Virus record (IMG/VR): IMGVR_UViG_3300008255_000103
Coordinates: 62,001-126,000 of that record
Reading direction: 5' to 3' (one strand)
Length of the DNA: 64,000 nt
Origin: an uncultured virus (IMG/VR IMGVR_UViG_3300008255_000103)
Lineage: Duplodnaviria; Heunggongvirae; Uroviricota; Caudoviricetes
Shown here: one piece after another, positions 32,159 to 41,415 of the stretch
How the letters are laid out: each line of letters opens with the position of its first letter
Position numbering within the stretch: position 1 is the first letter of the stretch
The notes under the pieces: model-generated
What the model was told of the DNA's origin: nothing
What the model saw: only the letters and a program-made list of their open reading frames with translations
The model's database searches: none
Made by a program: the position numbers and the translations under genes

Positions 32159-33505
32159 TTATGGTCTTATAACTTCTATAATTAATGATGCTCCACCATA
32201 CATATACATTGTTCCAAGATCATCACTATCAGCTTTCATAGCTACCACAGCCCTTATAGTATCAGGAACTATTATAGTATATATACTTGTTAATGTTATA
32301 TACGATGGATCTATTGATGGTAAATCTATATAGATTTCACCACCAGGCATAATAGTATCACCTAATAAACCATTTATTAAAATACAGGCATATCCGGAAT
32401 TGCTAGAAGAATTAGCTACATACCCACTAAATGTTATTTTAACAACATCTCCTATTTGAGCAACATGATTTCCAGTCCACATAGCATATTCATAATCTTC
32501 TAATGTTGTACTAAAAAATTCATTCCATCCACTAAATGCACTACTAATATTTGAAGAATATGAAATATCTTGAAAAACCAATTTATTACTATTATTTATT
32601 TGGAAATTGGTTCCACCTGATTCTTTTATCCAAAGGCTACCGCTATCAGAATATAAAATAGTACCACTTGTAGGACTACTAACTGGTACAGAGTCTGCAT
32701 TAGCAATATAAATTACTTTACCGCCACTATCTATTGGCATCTCTGTATCAGTAACAGGTCCACATAATGATAGAACAAAACGTCCCTTATCATTTGGTTC
32801 CGTTATTTGTAACATTTTTAGAGCACCAGCGCCCGTTGCTAATGACAAAGTTCCTTGCTTATATATTGTTGGGGCATATGTATACCCTGCTGATAAAACA
32901 AGATCTCCTGCATTATTGGCTGTAGAGTTTTGTGCCTTAATAGTCATGCTATTACCAGCCGCAGCAATATTAGGCATAGAAATCACTGCTGGATTTAAAC
33001 TAGTAAATGAAACGATTGGACATCTCATTTCAACATAACCAGTTGGTCCAGTTCCTGTTCCTGTAATTGTTATTACTTCTTGACTTAAAAAATCTCCATC
33101 TAAATCTCCACCAGGCTCAAATTCATTTATTGTTCCTGGCGCCCAACTTGTACCACCCCATATTAATATTTGTCCTGATGTTGGAGCTGTGGATAATACT
33201 GTTCTGCCCTGAATTCTAGAAGCAGAACACCTAACATTATCAATATCTACAGAATCTGATAAGTCTCCAGATAATTTAATAACACCTTTGACTGTAGATG
33301 TTGCATCAGGCACTGTAACTGCAAATGGTGCTAATTCTTCAATTGCATCCTGAACATTTGTATGTGTCACAGAATTTATTACCACAGAAGGCTCTAATGT
33401 AATAATTCCTGCTTTATGATGAGGTGGTTTTCCATCAATATGATCTTGAAAATCATATCTATCTGCTGCTAACCTTCCTACGCCTTTTCTAAATGTAGTT
33501 GTCAT
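32159..33505 (-). CDS. Tail fibre-like structural protein
   Basis: NVQDAIEEL...PDATSTVKGVIKLSGDL fibre repeat; PTSGQILIW..TSWAP motif. Confidence 0.6.
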   Translation of the reverse strand: MTTTFRKGVGRLAADRYDFQDHIDGKPPHHKAGIITLEPSVVINSVTHTNVQDAIEELAPFAVTVPDATSTVKGVIKLSGDLSDSVDIDNVRCSASRIQGRTVLSTAPTSGQILIWGGTSWAPGTINEFEPGGDLDGDFLSQEVITITGTGTGPTGYVEMRCPIVSFTSLNPAVISMPNIAAAGNSMTIKAQNSTANNAGDLVLSAGYTYAPTIYKQGTLSLATGAGALKMLQITEPNDKGRFVLSLCGPVTDTEMPIDSGGKVIYIANADSVPVSSPTSGTILYSDSGSLWIKESGGTNFQINNSNKLVFQDISYSSNISSAFSGWNEFFSTTLEDYEYAMWTGNHVAQIGDVVKITFSGYVANSSSNSGYACILINGLLGDTIMPGGEIYIDLPSIDPSYITLTSIYTIIVPDTIRAVVAMKADSDDLGTMYMYGGASLIIEVIRP

Positions 33506-33514
33506 AATTTGCCT

Positions 33515-35083
33515 TTATGGTAAAATGATAGTATGTATATGTCCAACAGCAGATAATATCTGTCCATCTTTAACTACATGATTATGTCCCTGAACAACAT
33601 CTGTTGTTTGATTTATTTGTGAAACAGATGTAATATTCTCATTAATAACGATCTTGTGTGTATGTGGAAGAATTCCTGTTGTAAATCCAATACTTGTATT
33701 AAGTTGAGAAGGAAACATGCTGGTATCACTAAAAACACGTATTTGATATGCAGGATCTGTTTTTCTGATTCTTTGTGCTTTTATTTTTTGACCGCCCTGT
33801 AATTCTAATACAGTATTATTTCTTGTTACAGATAAAACTTCATATCTATAATCTTCATTTCCATCCATATCATATAAAATCAAGATATCTCTATCTTTAA
33901 TGGTAGGAACAGTTAGCGTCCAAAATTCTACAGGAAATTCAGATTCTAAACCAGCTTCCGTCATTTTTACATCTTCATCAGTTGGTCCTGGTCTAACCAT
34001 TATTCTTCCATCTGATCTGCGAGGATTAAAATATTGCTCATATCCAAACACAAATTTAGTTCCATAACATAATGGACATCTGTCATCTGGATATTCGCTT
34101 GAAGGTTGATAACATGAACATGTAATTCCAGTTCTAACTCTTTTAATTAAAACAGCAGGTTTTGCAGTAACACTTAAACCAAGCTCTTGTCTCTGTGTAT
34201 TATTGTCTTGTAATGAAAATCCTCTTAACATTTGAAAATTGCCATATTGATCTATACATCCATGTTCGCCACCAATATAACTACCAACACATGTTCCATT
34301 TAATAATTGTACAGGATCTGTCCTATGCCACCCAGCATAATCATAAGCAGGAAAATCAACATTATATTCATCACTAACAGATAAATCTGACGTTAATAGA
34401 TCTTTAGTAACTTGATGATATCCATCTTCATTTGTTCTTTGAAATTGTGGATATTCAAAACGACATTGACATTGAAAAACTTGATCCCAAGCACGGTCTT
34501 CTCCAACTACCCAAAAATTAATAGTAGGATTCCAAGTTCTATAGCCATCATATCCATCTACATTATGAATTCTTGGATCTGTGTTATTGTATCCTCGCAA
34601 ATATCCATCAAGATTATTTAATATAAAATCTACAGACATATATTGAATTAATTCAACACCCACTTTAATGATACCATCATTAGGAAAACCATAAGCATCT
34701 AATAATGGTATAGTTAAATCTGTAGCGGTAATATTACCCCTTAATAAACTAGATGGAATAAGTCTTAAATTATCATAGGCTACAGGAAGATTTGTTAAAT
34801 CATATAGACTAGGGTCATATTCAACAGGTCTAACACAAAAGAAATATAATTGACCAGGAATTAAGTTAATAATATTTGCTTCTAATGAATCGTCAATAGA
34901 AACATATTTTACACCTTCAGTAAAAACGGTTTCTTTGATAGTAGAATAATAGATATTATATGCAATTCTATTTGGTGGAGTATTTCTATACGCCTGATGC
35001 CAGCGTAAATTGACAGTATATCCATCACCTAGTGAAGATACTAAGTCTAGACCTGATCTTACTGGATTAGGATAGAAAACCAT
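33515..35083 (-). CDS. Putative neck/head-closure protein with FN3-like N-terminus, Zn finger and His-rich tail
   Basis: VNLRW...AYNIYY...NLIPGQLYFFCVR (FN3-like); CSC...CPLCYGT; PHTH/GHNH/GHIH; five DGY motifs. Confidence 0.5.
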   Translation of the reverse strand: MVFYPNPVRSGLDLVSSLGDGYTVNLRWHQAYRNTPPNRIAYNIYYSTIKETVFTEGVKYVSIDDSLEANIINLIPGQLYFFCVRPVEYDPSLYDLTNLPVAYDNLRLIPSSLLRGNITATDLTIPLLDAYGFPNDGIIKVGVELIQYMSVDFILNNLDGYLRGYNNTDPRIHNVDGYDGYRTWNPTINFWVVGEDRAWDQVFQCQCRFEYPQFQRTNEDGYHQVTKDLLTSDLSVSDEYNVDFPAYDYAGWHRTDPVQLLNGTCVGSYIGGEHGCIDQYGNFQMLRGFSLQDNNTQRQELGLSVTAKPAVLIKRVRTGITCSCYQPSSEYPDDRCPLCYGTKFVFGYEQYFNPRRSDGRIMVRPGPTDEDVKMTEAGLESEFPVEFWTLTVPTIKDRDILILYDMDGNEDYRYEVLSVTRNNTVLELQGGQKIKAQRIRKTDPAYQIRVFSDTSMFPSQLNTSIGFTTGILPHTHKIVINENITSVSQINQTTDVVQGHNHVVKDGQILSAVGHIHTIILP

Positions 35084-35605
35084 TTATATTTTCTCCATTA
35101 ATACATCTTCTAATTTATCGCGTTTCTTATCATCATCTACTTCGTGATGTTCAAGTAGTCTATCAACATATTCTTCAGCCTCATCATCACCAAATTGTTC
35201 TGCAATATATTCTACTTGATTCTGAAACCCTTCTTGTTCAAATGGATTTTCTAAATAGTCACCATCATCTGAACTTTGAGTTGGTTTATCTCCAGTAGTT
35301 TGCTGAAGCCAATGCGTCATCTCATGAACACCATAGGAAAAATCTTTAAAAAAATCACCATCGGTTAACAGTTTGTAATTATAGATGATTACACCATGAT
35401 CGGTTTTAGCTGAAACATCTATTTTACCAAACGTCATCGGGATATGATCGATTTCATCAAGATCGACACCATATTCTTTGAACATGTCTTGAACCACAGG
35501 GTCTTTTTTTAAATATGCCCTCAACTTCTTAATCAGTCGATTAAGAGTCTTATAAGGGAACTTTTTCACCACAGATAATGGGATCTTTTCTTGATCTTTA
35601 GACAT
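35084..35605 (-). CDS. Putative zinc metallopeptidase (HExxH)
   Basis: VHEMTHWLQQ...YLENPFEQEGF. Confidence 0.6.
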   Translation of the reverse strand: MSKDQEKIPLSVVKKFPYKTLNRLIKKLRAYLKKDPVVQDMFKEYGVDLDEIDHIPMTFGKIDVSAKTDHGVIIYNYKLLTDGDFFKDFSYGVHEMTHWLQQTTGDKPTQSSDDGDYLENPFEQEGFQNQVEYIAEQFGDDEAEEYVDRLLEHHEVDDDKKRDKLEDVLMEKI

Positions 35606-35644
35606 ACTTCAATGATAAAATAATCATATTGTTATATATAATAC

Positions 35645-35865
35645 ATGGCTCTTATAAGAATAAAAATACCAACATCGTTGCATCGTTTTCTTAAAAAGAT
35701 TGATGTGCTAGACAAAAAAGAAGATAGCTCAGATTATCATATAACCTTATTTATTATTGAAAATATATGCCCATTCATGATGTCTCTAAATCAGTTGAAG
35801 CAGTATGCAACGCAATCAAAAATACAAAACCAATCAAATTAAAAATAAATAAAGTCATAAATTTT
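35645..35865 (+). pseudogene. Frameshifted, truncated 2H-phosphoesterase (2'-5' RNA ligase / Acb1-like) remnant
   Basis: YHITLF motif; the plausible continuation (MPIHDVSKSVEAV...KPIKLKINKVINF) is in another frame; second HxT motif absent. Confidence 0.45.
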
Positions 35866-35904
35866 ATGAATAACAAGATAATTATACTAGGACATATATT
35901 TTGC

Positions 35905-36459
35905 ATGAAATATGGGCAACAAATCATAAATGTTAATCCAGAATTTCAAAAACAAATTAACTATTTTTTAAACAAAGGTAATCTAGGATATCAAATCACT
36001 GTTGATGGAAAATGGGGACCAAAAACTACCAAAGCTTTACAAGATATAAATTCAAAATTATTACATAATGAACTTAATTTAAATAATTCAAGTGAAACTA
36101 TAAAAGATTTAGACATTGCTTATAGTAATTATACTCGTGGAGATCAAGGATTAAATAAATGGAAAACTATATCACAAACAAGTAAAGCAATGCAATCTAT
36201 AAAACAAATAGCTGATAAAATAACACAAAATGGTAGTCTAAAAGATACTGGCTTGATAATTATGCACTCTCATACAAATATGGGTGGACCATCAGAAGAT
36301 AATTTAACTAAAATATATGCAAATAATCCACGAACAGATATTACCAACAATGTTATACAGCATTTTGGAAATTTATTTGAACAATTAGATAAAGAACTCA
36401 ATGATAATGGAATCCATATATTACCTTGGTCTGTATTATATCAAAAACCTGGAAGATAA
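35905..36459 (+). CDS. Hypothetical protein with peptidoglycan-binding-like motif
   Basis: FQKQIN...ITVDGKWGPKTTKALQ; AGGA and ATG at 35905 suggest this start rather than 35767. Confidence 0.5.
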   Translation: MKYGQQIINVNPEFQKQINYFLNKGNLGYQITVDGKWGPKTTKALQDINSKLLHNELNLNNSSETIKDLDIAYSNYTRGDQGLNKWKTISQTSKAMQSIKQIADKITQNGSLKDTGLIIMHSHTNMGGPSEDNLTKIYANNPRTDITNNVIQHFGNLFEQLDKELNDNGIHILPWSVLYQKPGR

Positions 36460-37061
36460 TTTTTAGATTTTATTGCTTTTTGATATTTTCTGTCTAGATA
36501 AATAGTGGCATCTTTATAGAGATAATCTACAATATCATTCACATCAGACTTCGCGCAAAATTCAAAATCTGCAGTTTTTCCTGATTTTCTAATATAATAA
36601 GAACCGCTTCCTATACAACATTCATCTTTAATTATATCAAACATCTCTCGCACAAACACTGGTGTCCCACACATACCAATACGAATTTCTGTCGTATAGT
36701 CTTTTCCATTATTTCTGTGTTCTCTCCACCAACCATCTCCATCTAAACATCCTCTAATAAAATGTCGAATTCCAGGATGATCTTTTAATTGTTCTGGAAA
36801 CCTATATGTATGAGTTTTATTTGGCACAATATTAAACTCCGCTAATCTGTTGAATATTTTTTCTGATGTAATAATGATTTCATTAGCTAAATATTCATTT
36901 TTTATAAACCCATTTTTACCAGCAGTTTTCTTTTCAATTTTATTACTAATAGGCGATTGACTATCCAAATCTTTTTTGAATAATTTAATATGATCTAAAT
37001 CTTTATGTGCTAATTTTAATTTTATTTGATAAGAATATTGATGTTTTGCAACATTACCATC
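36441..37061 (-). pseudogene. LAGLIDADG homing endonuclease remnant, 5'-deleted
   Basis: Frame reads DGNVAKHQYSYQIKLKLAHKDLDHIKLFKKDL...HFIRGCLDGDG...YLYKDATIYLDRK; first LAGLIDADG helix is truncated and the SD-linked ATG (37060) is out of frame. Confidence 0.7.
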
Positions 37062-37148
37062 TGTTCTCCTGCTAACTATATATCAGCATATGCGTATGTT
37101 GCGACAAGCGCGTCAACTAATTTGAAATCTTCATAAGCACTTGATTTA

Positions 37149-38048
37149 TCAGTATAATCTGCGGGCACGGAGGTGTCGTAATTTTGAGAACGCTGGATTT
37201 ATTGCAGAATTCATACTGAATACACCTAATCCCTTTGGTGCCGGTCTCAAACTATTCTTGATATACTTTAGTTTTTCCCAATAATGTGCTAACAAGGAAG
37301 AATATTGAGTCATCATCAATTCACTAATTGTTGGTAAATTAAAATTGATACCATTATCAGTAACCTGAAATTCTCTACCACGTTCAATTAAAGCTTTTGA
37401 AGCTAATGCATAAAGCGTTGCTCCTTCTACTAAAATTTCTCCAAATTGTTCAACGAAATTATCATCATCAAATTGAAAAAATGTAAAATAAGGAACTTGA
37501 TTAAAATCCCATAGAGCTGTTGCTATTATAGTTGTTAAAGTTTCTACTGAAAAATAAGCACAATCTACATAAATTACATTTCCATAAGAATCTGTAGCTT
37601 TTGCTTTACCATCACTATTTAATCTATGTCTTAAAGACTTCATTAATTTATTTATATTTTTGGTTGCAGCTTGAGAATAATCAAAGCCGGGATCATCTCC
37701 AAGATGAACATAACCATCTAAATTAATAGCTGGAATTTGTGTATGTAATACAATAAAGCCAAATTCTACTTCTACTCTAAAACCATTTACATATCCAGTC
37801 CATACATCACGCCATTCACCATAAGGTCCATTAATTGGGATAGTAAATATATAAGAATATTTTCCAACTCCAACTTGAGATACATTGGAAGAGGTTGGAG
37901 ATAAGGCAACTAATCCGCTTGGCTGAATTAAAGAAATTTGTGGATATGAATCAGTATTTATAGGAGTTCCACTACCATCTTTGAATTGTACAGTTAGATT
38001 TACCTGATCGGTTACATCAATTAATTCGCCTCTCGCTTTGATTGCCAT
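37149..38048 (-). CDS. Putative head-tail adaptor/neck protein with N-terminal Ig-like domain
   Basis: Beta-rich N-terminus (VGKYSYIFTIP...GEWRDVW) and helical adaptor-like C-terminus; located in the neck block; AGGAG Shine-Dalgarno. Confidence 0.5.
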   Translation of the reverse strand: MAIKARGELIDVTDQVNLTVQFKDGSGTPINTDSYPQISLIQPSGLVALSPTSSNVSQVGVGKYSYIFTIPINGPYGEWRDVWTGYVNGFRVEVEFGFIVLHTQIPAINLDGYVHLGDDPGFDYSQAATKNINKLMKSLRHRLNSDGKAKATDSYGNVIYVDCAYFSVETLTTIIATALWDFNQVPYFTFFQFDDDNFVEQFGEILVEGATLYALASKALIERGREFQVTDNGINFNLPTISELMMTQYSSLLAHYWEKLKYIKNSLRPAPKGLGVFSMNSAINPAFSKLRHLRARRLY

Positions 38049-38059
38049 TGTATCTCCTA

Positions 38060-38428
38060 TTAAAATGAGGTTGCTGAGTATAATCCAAACGGGGCACTAA
38101 CTAAAATCTGATATGATTGAAATTTTAACAGATATGTATTTGGTTCTCGATATGCCAGATCTACAAAATAACTTCCTACAGATGTTGCTCCTGTAGGTAA
38201 CGTAAATTTGTAATAATAAATTCCAGTATCAAACTGAGTCATAGGATATGGATAATATCCATCTAAAGTCATATCTGGATAAACAATACGCTGAACGACT
38301 GGCGATTCATAGCCATCAATAGTATAGCCATCAGCATAATAACCGTCAGCATAATAGCCATCGCTATTTTTGGTCTCTAAAAATAGCGTTACTGTCTGAC
38401 CTGGAGAGTGGGATAATATCTGTACCAT
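38060..38428 (-). CDS. Small Ig-like structural protein with tandem DGY pentapeptide repeats
   Basis: SDGYYADGYYADGYTIDGYE; DTGIYYYKFTLP...GSYFVD resembles the N-terminus of 37149..38048. Confidence 0.6.
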   Translation of the reverse strand: MVQILSHSPGQTVTLFLETKNSDGYYADGYYADGYTIDGYESPVVQRIVYPDMTLDGYYPYPMTQFDTGIYYYKFTLPTGATSVGSYFVDLAYREPNTYLLKFQSYQILVSAPFGLYSATSF

Positions 38429-38502
38429 ATAACCTCTTTTAATATACGCAAATATTAACTACAATTTTATGTATATGTTAACATATTAAATGAAGGTTTA
38501 TC

Positions 38503-38922
38503 ATGAATAAAAAAGAATACTGGGTTACTAACATTTGTAAAAAAAATGTGAGTTTGGCGGATTTAAATCTGACTATCAAGTCATTTACATCTGTTAACCT
38601 TCTAGATTCTAAGCATTATTATTATACGTTTGAGGAATTAGAAAAATCTAGAAAGAATGGTTCAATATTTAAAAAACGAGATAAAATAAAAGTACGAGAA
38701 TTTCCTCCAGAAATGATAAAAATGGATATGCTATGTACTCATGATACGTTTATTCCGACAAGACAGCGATCTATTTATGAGGTATCTGAACAGAAATACG
38801 AAGAATTATCTTTTATTGATGGTCAAGATAATCAGTTTGCAGAAGATGAGCGATTTGCAGAAGAAAACGCTGAATTAGCAGATCTTGACACTAAACCATT
38901 AGTTATAAAAGGAACGAATTAA
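38503..38922 (+). CDS. Hypothetical protein
   Basis: 139-aa ORF with GAAGG Shine-Dalgarno; first gene of a small plus-strand cluster. Confidence 0.65.
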   Translation: MNKKEYWVTNICKKNVSLADLNLTIKSFTSVNLLDSKHYYYTFEELEKSRKNGSIFKKRDKIKVREFPPEMIKMDMLCTHDTFIPTRQRSIYEVSEQKYEELSFIDGQDNQFAEDERFAEENAELADLDTKPLVIKGTN

Positions 38923-39110
38923 TGTCACCACAAAGGCAACTCAGCAATTTTATTGATACTCTTCTGTTAGCATATGTATTAACTAATAATACTAAAATGC
39001 AAGAAGTTAAGAAGACAATTATAGAAGATTATAGACAACTTAATGATAAATGTGACTCTATAATACTTAAAATACAAGAAAGAAAATCGAAAGCCCCACC
39101 AAAATCATAA
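38922..39110 (+). CDS. Small hypothetical protein
   Basis: TAATG coupling to the upstream gene; AAGGA Shine-Dalgarno. Confidence 0.5.
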   Translation: MSPQRQLSNFIDTLLLAYVLTNNTKMQEVKKTIIEDYRQLNDKCDSIILKIQERKSKAPPKS

Positions 39111-39126
39111 AAATAGGTAACAAATT

Positions 39127-39432
39127 ATGTCTGAACCAAAGATCTCCAGCCATGATCTGAGCGAACAACTCAACAAAAGAGACTTAGAAATTATTCTAGA
39201 AGTCAATAAGAAAGCTATTGAGATCGAAACTAATGTTGCCGATCAAAATGAAGAGATAATTTCTGAACTTTCTGATTTAAAAGATAAACAAAAAGAAACT
39301 AATGAAAAAATCGATAAAATCATTAAACAAAATGATGATTTAAGTAAAGATATCTTTAAACTTCAGGTTTTATTTGTTACCGGCTTAATTAGTCTTGTAA
39401 TCCAGGTGATACAAATCTTTTTGAAGAAATGA
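39127..39432 (+). CDS. Coiled-coil protein with C-terminal transmembrane helix (holin/XhlA-like architecture)
   Basis: Heptad-rich body and LQVLFVTGLISLVIQVIQIFLKK tail. Confidence 0.55.
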   Translation: MSEPKISSHDLSEQLNKRDLEIILEVNKKAIEIETNVADQNEEIISELSDLKDKQKETNEKIDKIIKQNDDLSKDIFKLQVLFVTGLISLVIQVIQIFLKK

Positions 39433-39483
39433 GTTTTTAAAGAATATCTGTGCATAATACTATATTTTCTTTAAGAGGTAATT

Positions 39484-40173
39484 ATGCAAACACAAGAAGA
39501 AGAAAAAAGAGAGAAAGCCAGACTGGCGGCAAAAAAATATAGAGAAACTCATAAAGAAAAGATTAAACGGGATCAAAAAAAATATAGAGAAACTCATAAA
39601 CAACAATCTAAAGAATATCACGATAATTATTATCAAGAAAATATAGAAAAATTTCAAGAATATTCTAAACAACAATATGAAAATAATAAAGATGAGATTA
39701 TTGGTAGATCTAGAGAATATTATCTAAAAAATAAGCGGCTAATTAAAGAGCAAAGAGATTTACATAAAGGTGAAAAATCTTTATACAATAAAAAACACTA
39801 TTTAAATAATCGTGATGAGTTACTTGAATATCATAGAAAACAAAATAAAACCCTACGTGGCAGATTTAGAACTACAAAGGGACATGCCAAGAAAAGAAAT
39901 TTAGAATTTAATTTAACATTTGAACAGTATTCAGAAATTGCCATTAAACCATGCTATTATTGTAATGATCATTTTAGAATCGAAATAGGTACAGGTTCAG
40001 GAATAGATAGAGTTATTAATACAGAAGGTTATCATATTAATAATATTGTTTCTTGTTGTGCTCATTGTAACTACTTAAAGAGAAATATATACAATGTAGA
40101 ACAAACTAAAGCAATGGTAGATACACTAATAAAATTAGAGGTATCTATGACATCTTTAGATACCTCTAACTAA
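39484..40173 (+). CDS. HNH endonuclease
   Basis: PCYYC...GIDRVINTEGYHINNIVSCCAHCN; Lys/Tyr-rich N-terminal repeats. Confidence 0.85.
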   Translation: MQTQEEEKREKARLAAKKYRETHKEKIKRDQKKYRETHKQQSKEYHDNYYQENIEKFQEYSKQQYENNKDEIIGRSREYYLKNKRLIKEQRDLHKGEKSLYNKKHYLNNRDELLEYHRKQNKTLRGRFRTTKGHAKKRNLEFNLTFEQYSEIAIKPCYYCNDHFRIEIGTGSGIDRVINTEGYHINNIVSCCAHCNYLKRNIYNVEQTKAMVDTLIKLEVSMTSLDTSN

Positions 40174-40181
40174 ATAAGTTT

Positions 40182-40415
40182 TTAGTGTTTTAATACTATA
40201 ACTTCTGTGGCTTTAGGGTCTCCATTTTTATTGGTTCCTAAGCCAAAGGATACTTTTTGCCCTTTGTAAAGCGTTTTAAATCCTTCACATTCTACATCTG
40301 AAAAGTGAACAAACAAATCTTTTTGCTTAGTTCCATTTTGTTCCCATTCAATAAAACCAAAACCACGCTTAGGGTCGAACCAAATTACTTCACCTAGTAT
40401 TTTATTATCAGTCAT
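40182..40415 (-). CDS. csp: Cold-shock (CspA-family) RNA-binding protein
   Basis: GEVIWFDPKRGFGFI (RNP1) and DLFVHFS (RNP2), GFKTL..GQKVSF. Confidence 0.92.
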   Translation of the reverse strand: MTDNKILGEVIWFDPKRGFGFIEWEQNGTKQKDLFVHFSDVECEGFKTLYKGQKVSFGLGTNKNGDPKATEVIVLKH

Positions 40416-40424
40416 TGTGTTTCC

Positions 40425-40706
40425 TTAATCATCTTTCGCTACAAGCTCACCGTTTACAAACAATTCGCCACCGCCCCCAAGGAGTCTATAAACTTCATAA
40501 GCCCCAAGTTTACCAATATCTATTCTTTCTTTTTCATTAGTACAATTACGTAGTAATTTATCATATTTTTCAAGCAGTAATTTCATATCACCTTCGCACC
40601 CAACTAATCTTGCATGCTTTAGTAATCTATAACGTGTTTCTTTTTCAGGCAAAATCTTATCACTTAAATTTTTGGGATCTGTTGCATCAATTTTATAACT
40701 CATCAC
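40425..40706 (-). CDS. Hypothetical protein
   Basis: 93-aa ORF overlapping the upstream stop codon. Confidence 0.6.
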   Translation of the reverse strand: MMSYKIDATDPKNLSDKILPEKETRYRLLKHARLVGCEGDMKLLLEKYDKLLRNCTNEKERIDIGKLGAYEVYRLLGGGGELFVNGELVAKDD

Positions 40707-41032
40707 TTCTCTCCATCAAATAACTTAAAAGATTTTGGTTTAAAAGTAACAATTGGGCTATCAATACCTTCTATATTTCTTTTCCCATCTAATTCATATA
40801 CTAAAGTTCTTTTATTGGGTGGTTTTGTAGATGGAAAAACACCAATTATCTTTAAACGACCACTATGCAAATACGCATGATGGTTAGCACATAAAATAGC
40901 CAAATTAAATTCATGATTTGTAGTATTTTCTTCTGTTCGTTCAATAATATGATGAAAATGTAAAAGATTAGGATCGTTTACTTCACACGACTCTATCTCA
41001 CATTTATTTTTAATTAACTTACTCTTTCTCAT
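40703..41032 (-). CDS. Small HNH endonuclease
   Basis: CEIESC...LHFHHII...NHEFNLAILCANHH. Confidence 0.8.
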   Translation of the reverse strand: MRKSKLIKNKCEIESCEVNDPNLLHFHHIIERTEENTTNHEFNLAILCANHHAYLHSGRLKIIGVFPSTKPPNKRTLVYELDGKRNIEGIDSPIVTFKPKSFKLFDGEK

Positions 41033-41050
41033 ATACTTACTTATATCAAG

Positions 41051-41368
41051 TTATCTAATGCCCCACGCCTCAATTCGCACAACCCCAGTTCCTCTAAACC
41101 AAATTTTAGAAATTACTCTATTTTCAAACACAAGACTCTCACTAGAATACGTTGCAGTCATATCTCCATGCAATGTGTCTCCATTAAATGAGTATTCTAA
41201 TGGTCCATCACTCTCTAGCTGAAATGTTACCGAATAAGTTGAAAATGGAATTAAAACTTGACAATTAGTTGGAAAATAACCATCTGTTATTGCAACACTT
41301 AATTTGTTGAAATAATTAAAATCTTTTCCGTAATCTATTTTTCCATAAGGATTTGAAAAATCTGACAT
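41051..41368 (-). CDS. Hypothetical beta-rich (probably structural) protein
   Basis: 105 aa; one DGY motif; AGGTAGGA Shine-Dalgarno and upstream class-A motif. Confidence 0.55.
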   Translation of the reverse strand: MSDFSNPYGKIDYGKDFNYFNKLSVAITDGYFPTNCQVLIPFSTYSVTFQLESDGPLEYSFNGDTLHGDMTATYSSESLVFENRVISKIWFRGTGVVRIEAWGIR

Positions 41369-41415
41369 TGTTCCTACCTTGAGTATGTATAAGTATTACT
41401 ATTTATTAGCTGATT

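Noticed and set aside
34..34621. Many short plus-strand ORFs in the track (e.g. 34..390, 2599..2934, 7849..8127, 20677..21069, 21145..21603, 24087..24407)
   Set aside because: They are antisense shadows of long, motif-bearing minus-strand genes, with no RBS or recognisable motifs.
36961..36980. Frameshift at the A-run in the LAGLIDADG remnant
   Set aside because: Recounting gives TTC AAA AAA GAT TTG, which is in frame; the defect is at the 5' end instead.
3455..37085. Group I introns or inteins hosting the HNH/LAGLIDADG ORFs
   Set aside because: Flanking genes appear complete, there is no room for intron core structure, and no intein splice motifs (C...HN) flank the LAGLIDADG remnant.
39460..39675. 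Phe/Ile-rich minus-strand ORF resembling a membrane peptide
   Set aside because: It is the antisense of the Lys/Glu-rich N-terminus of the HNH gene.
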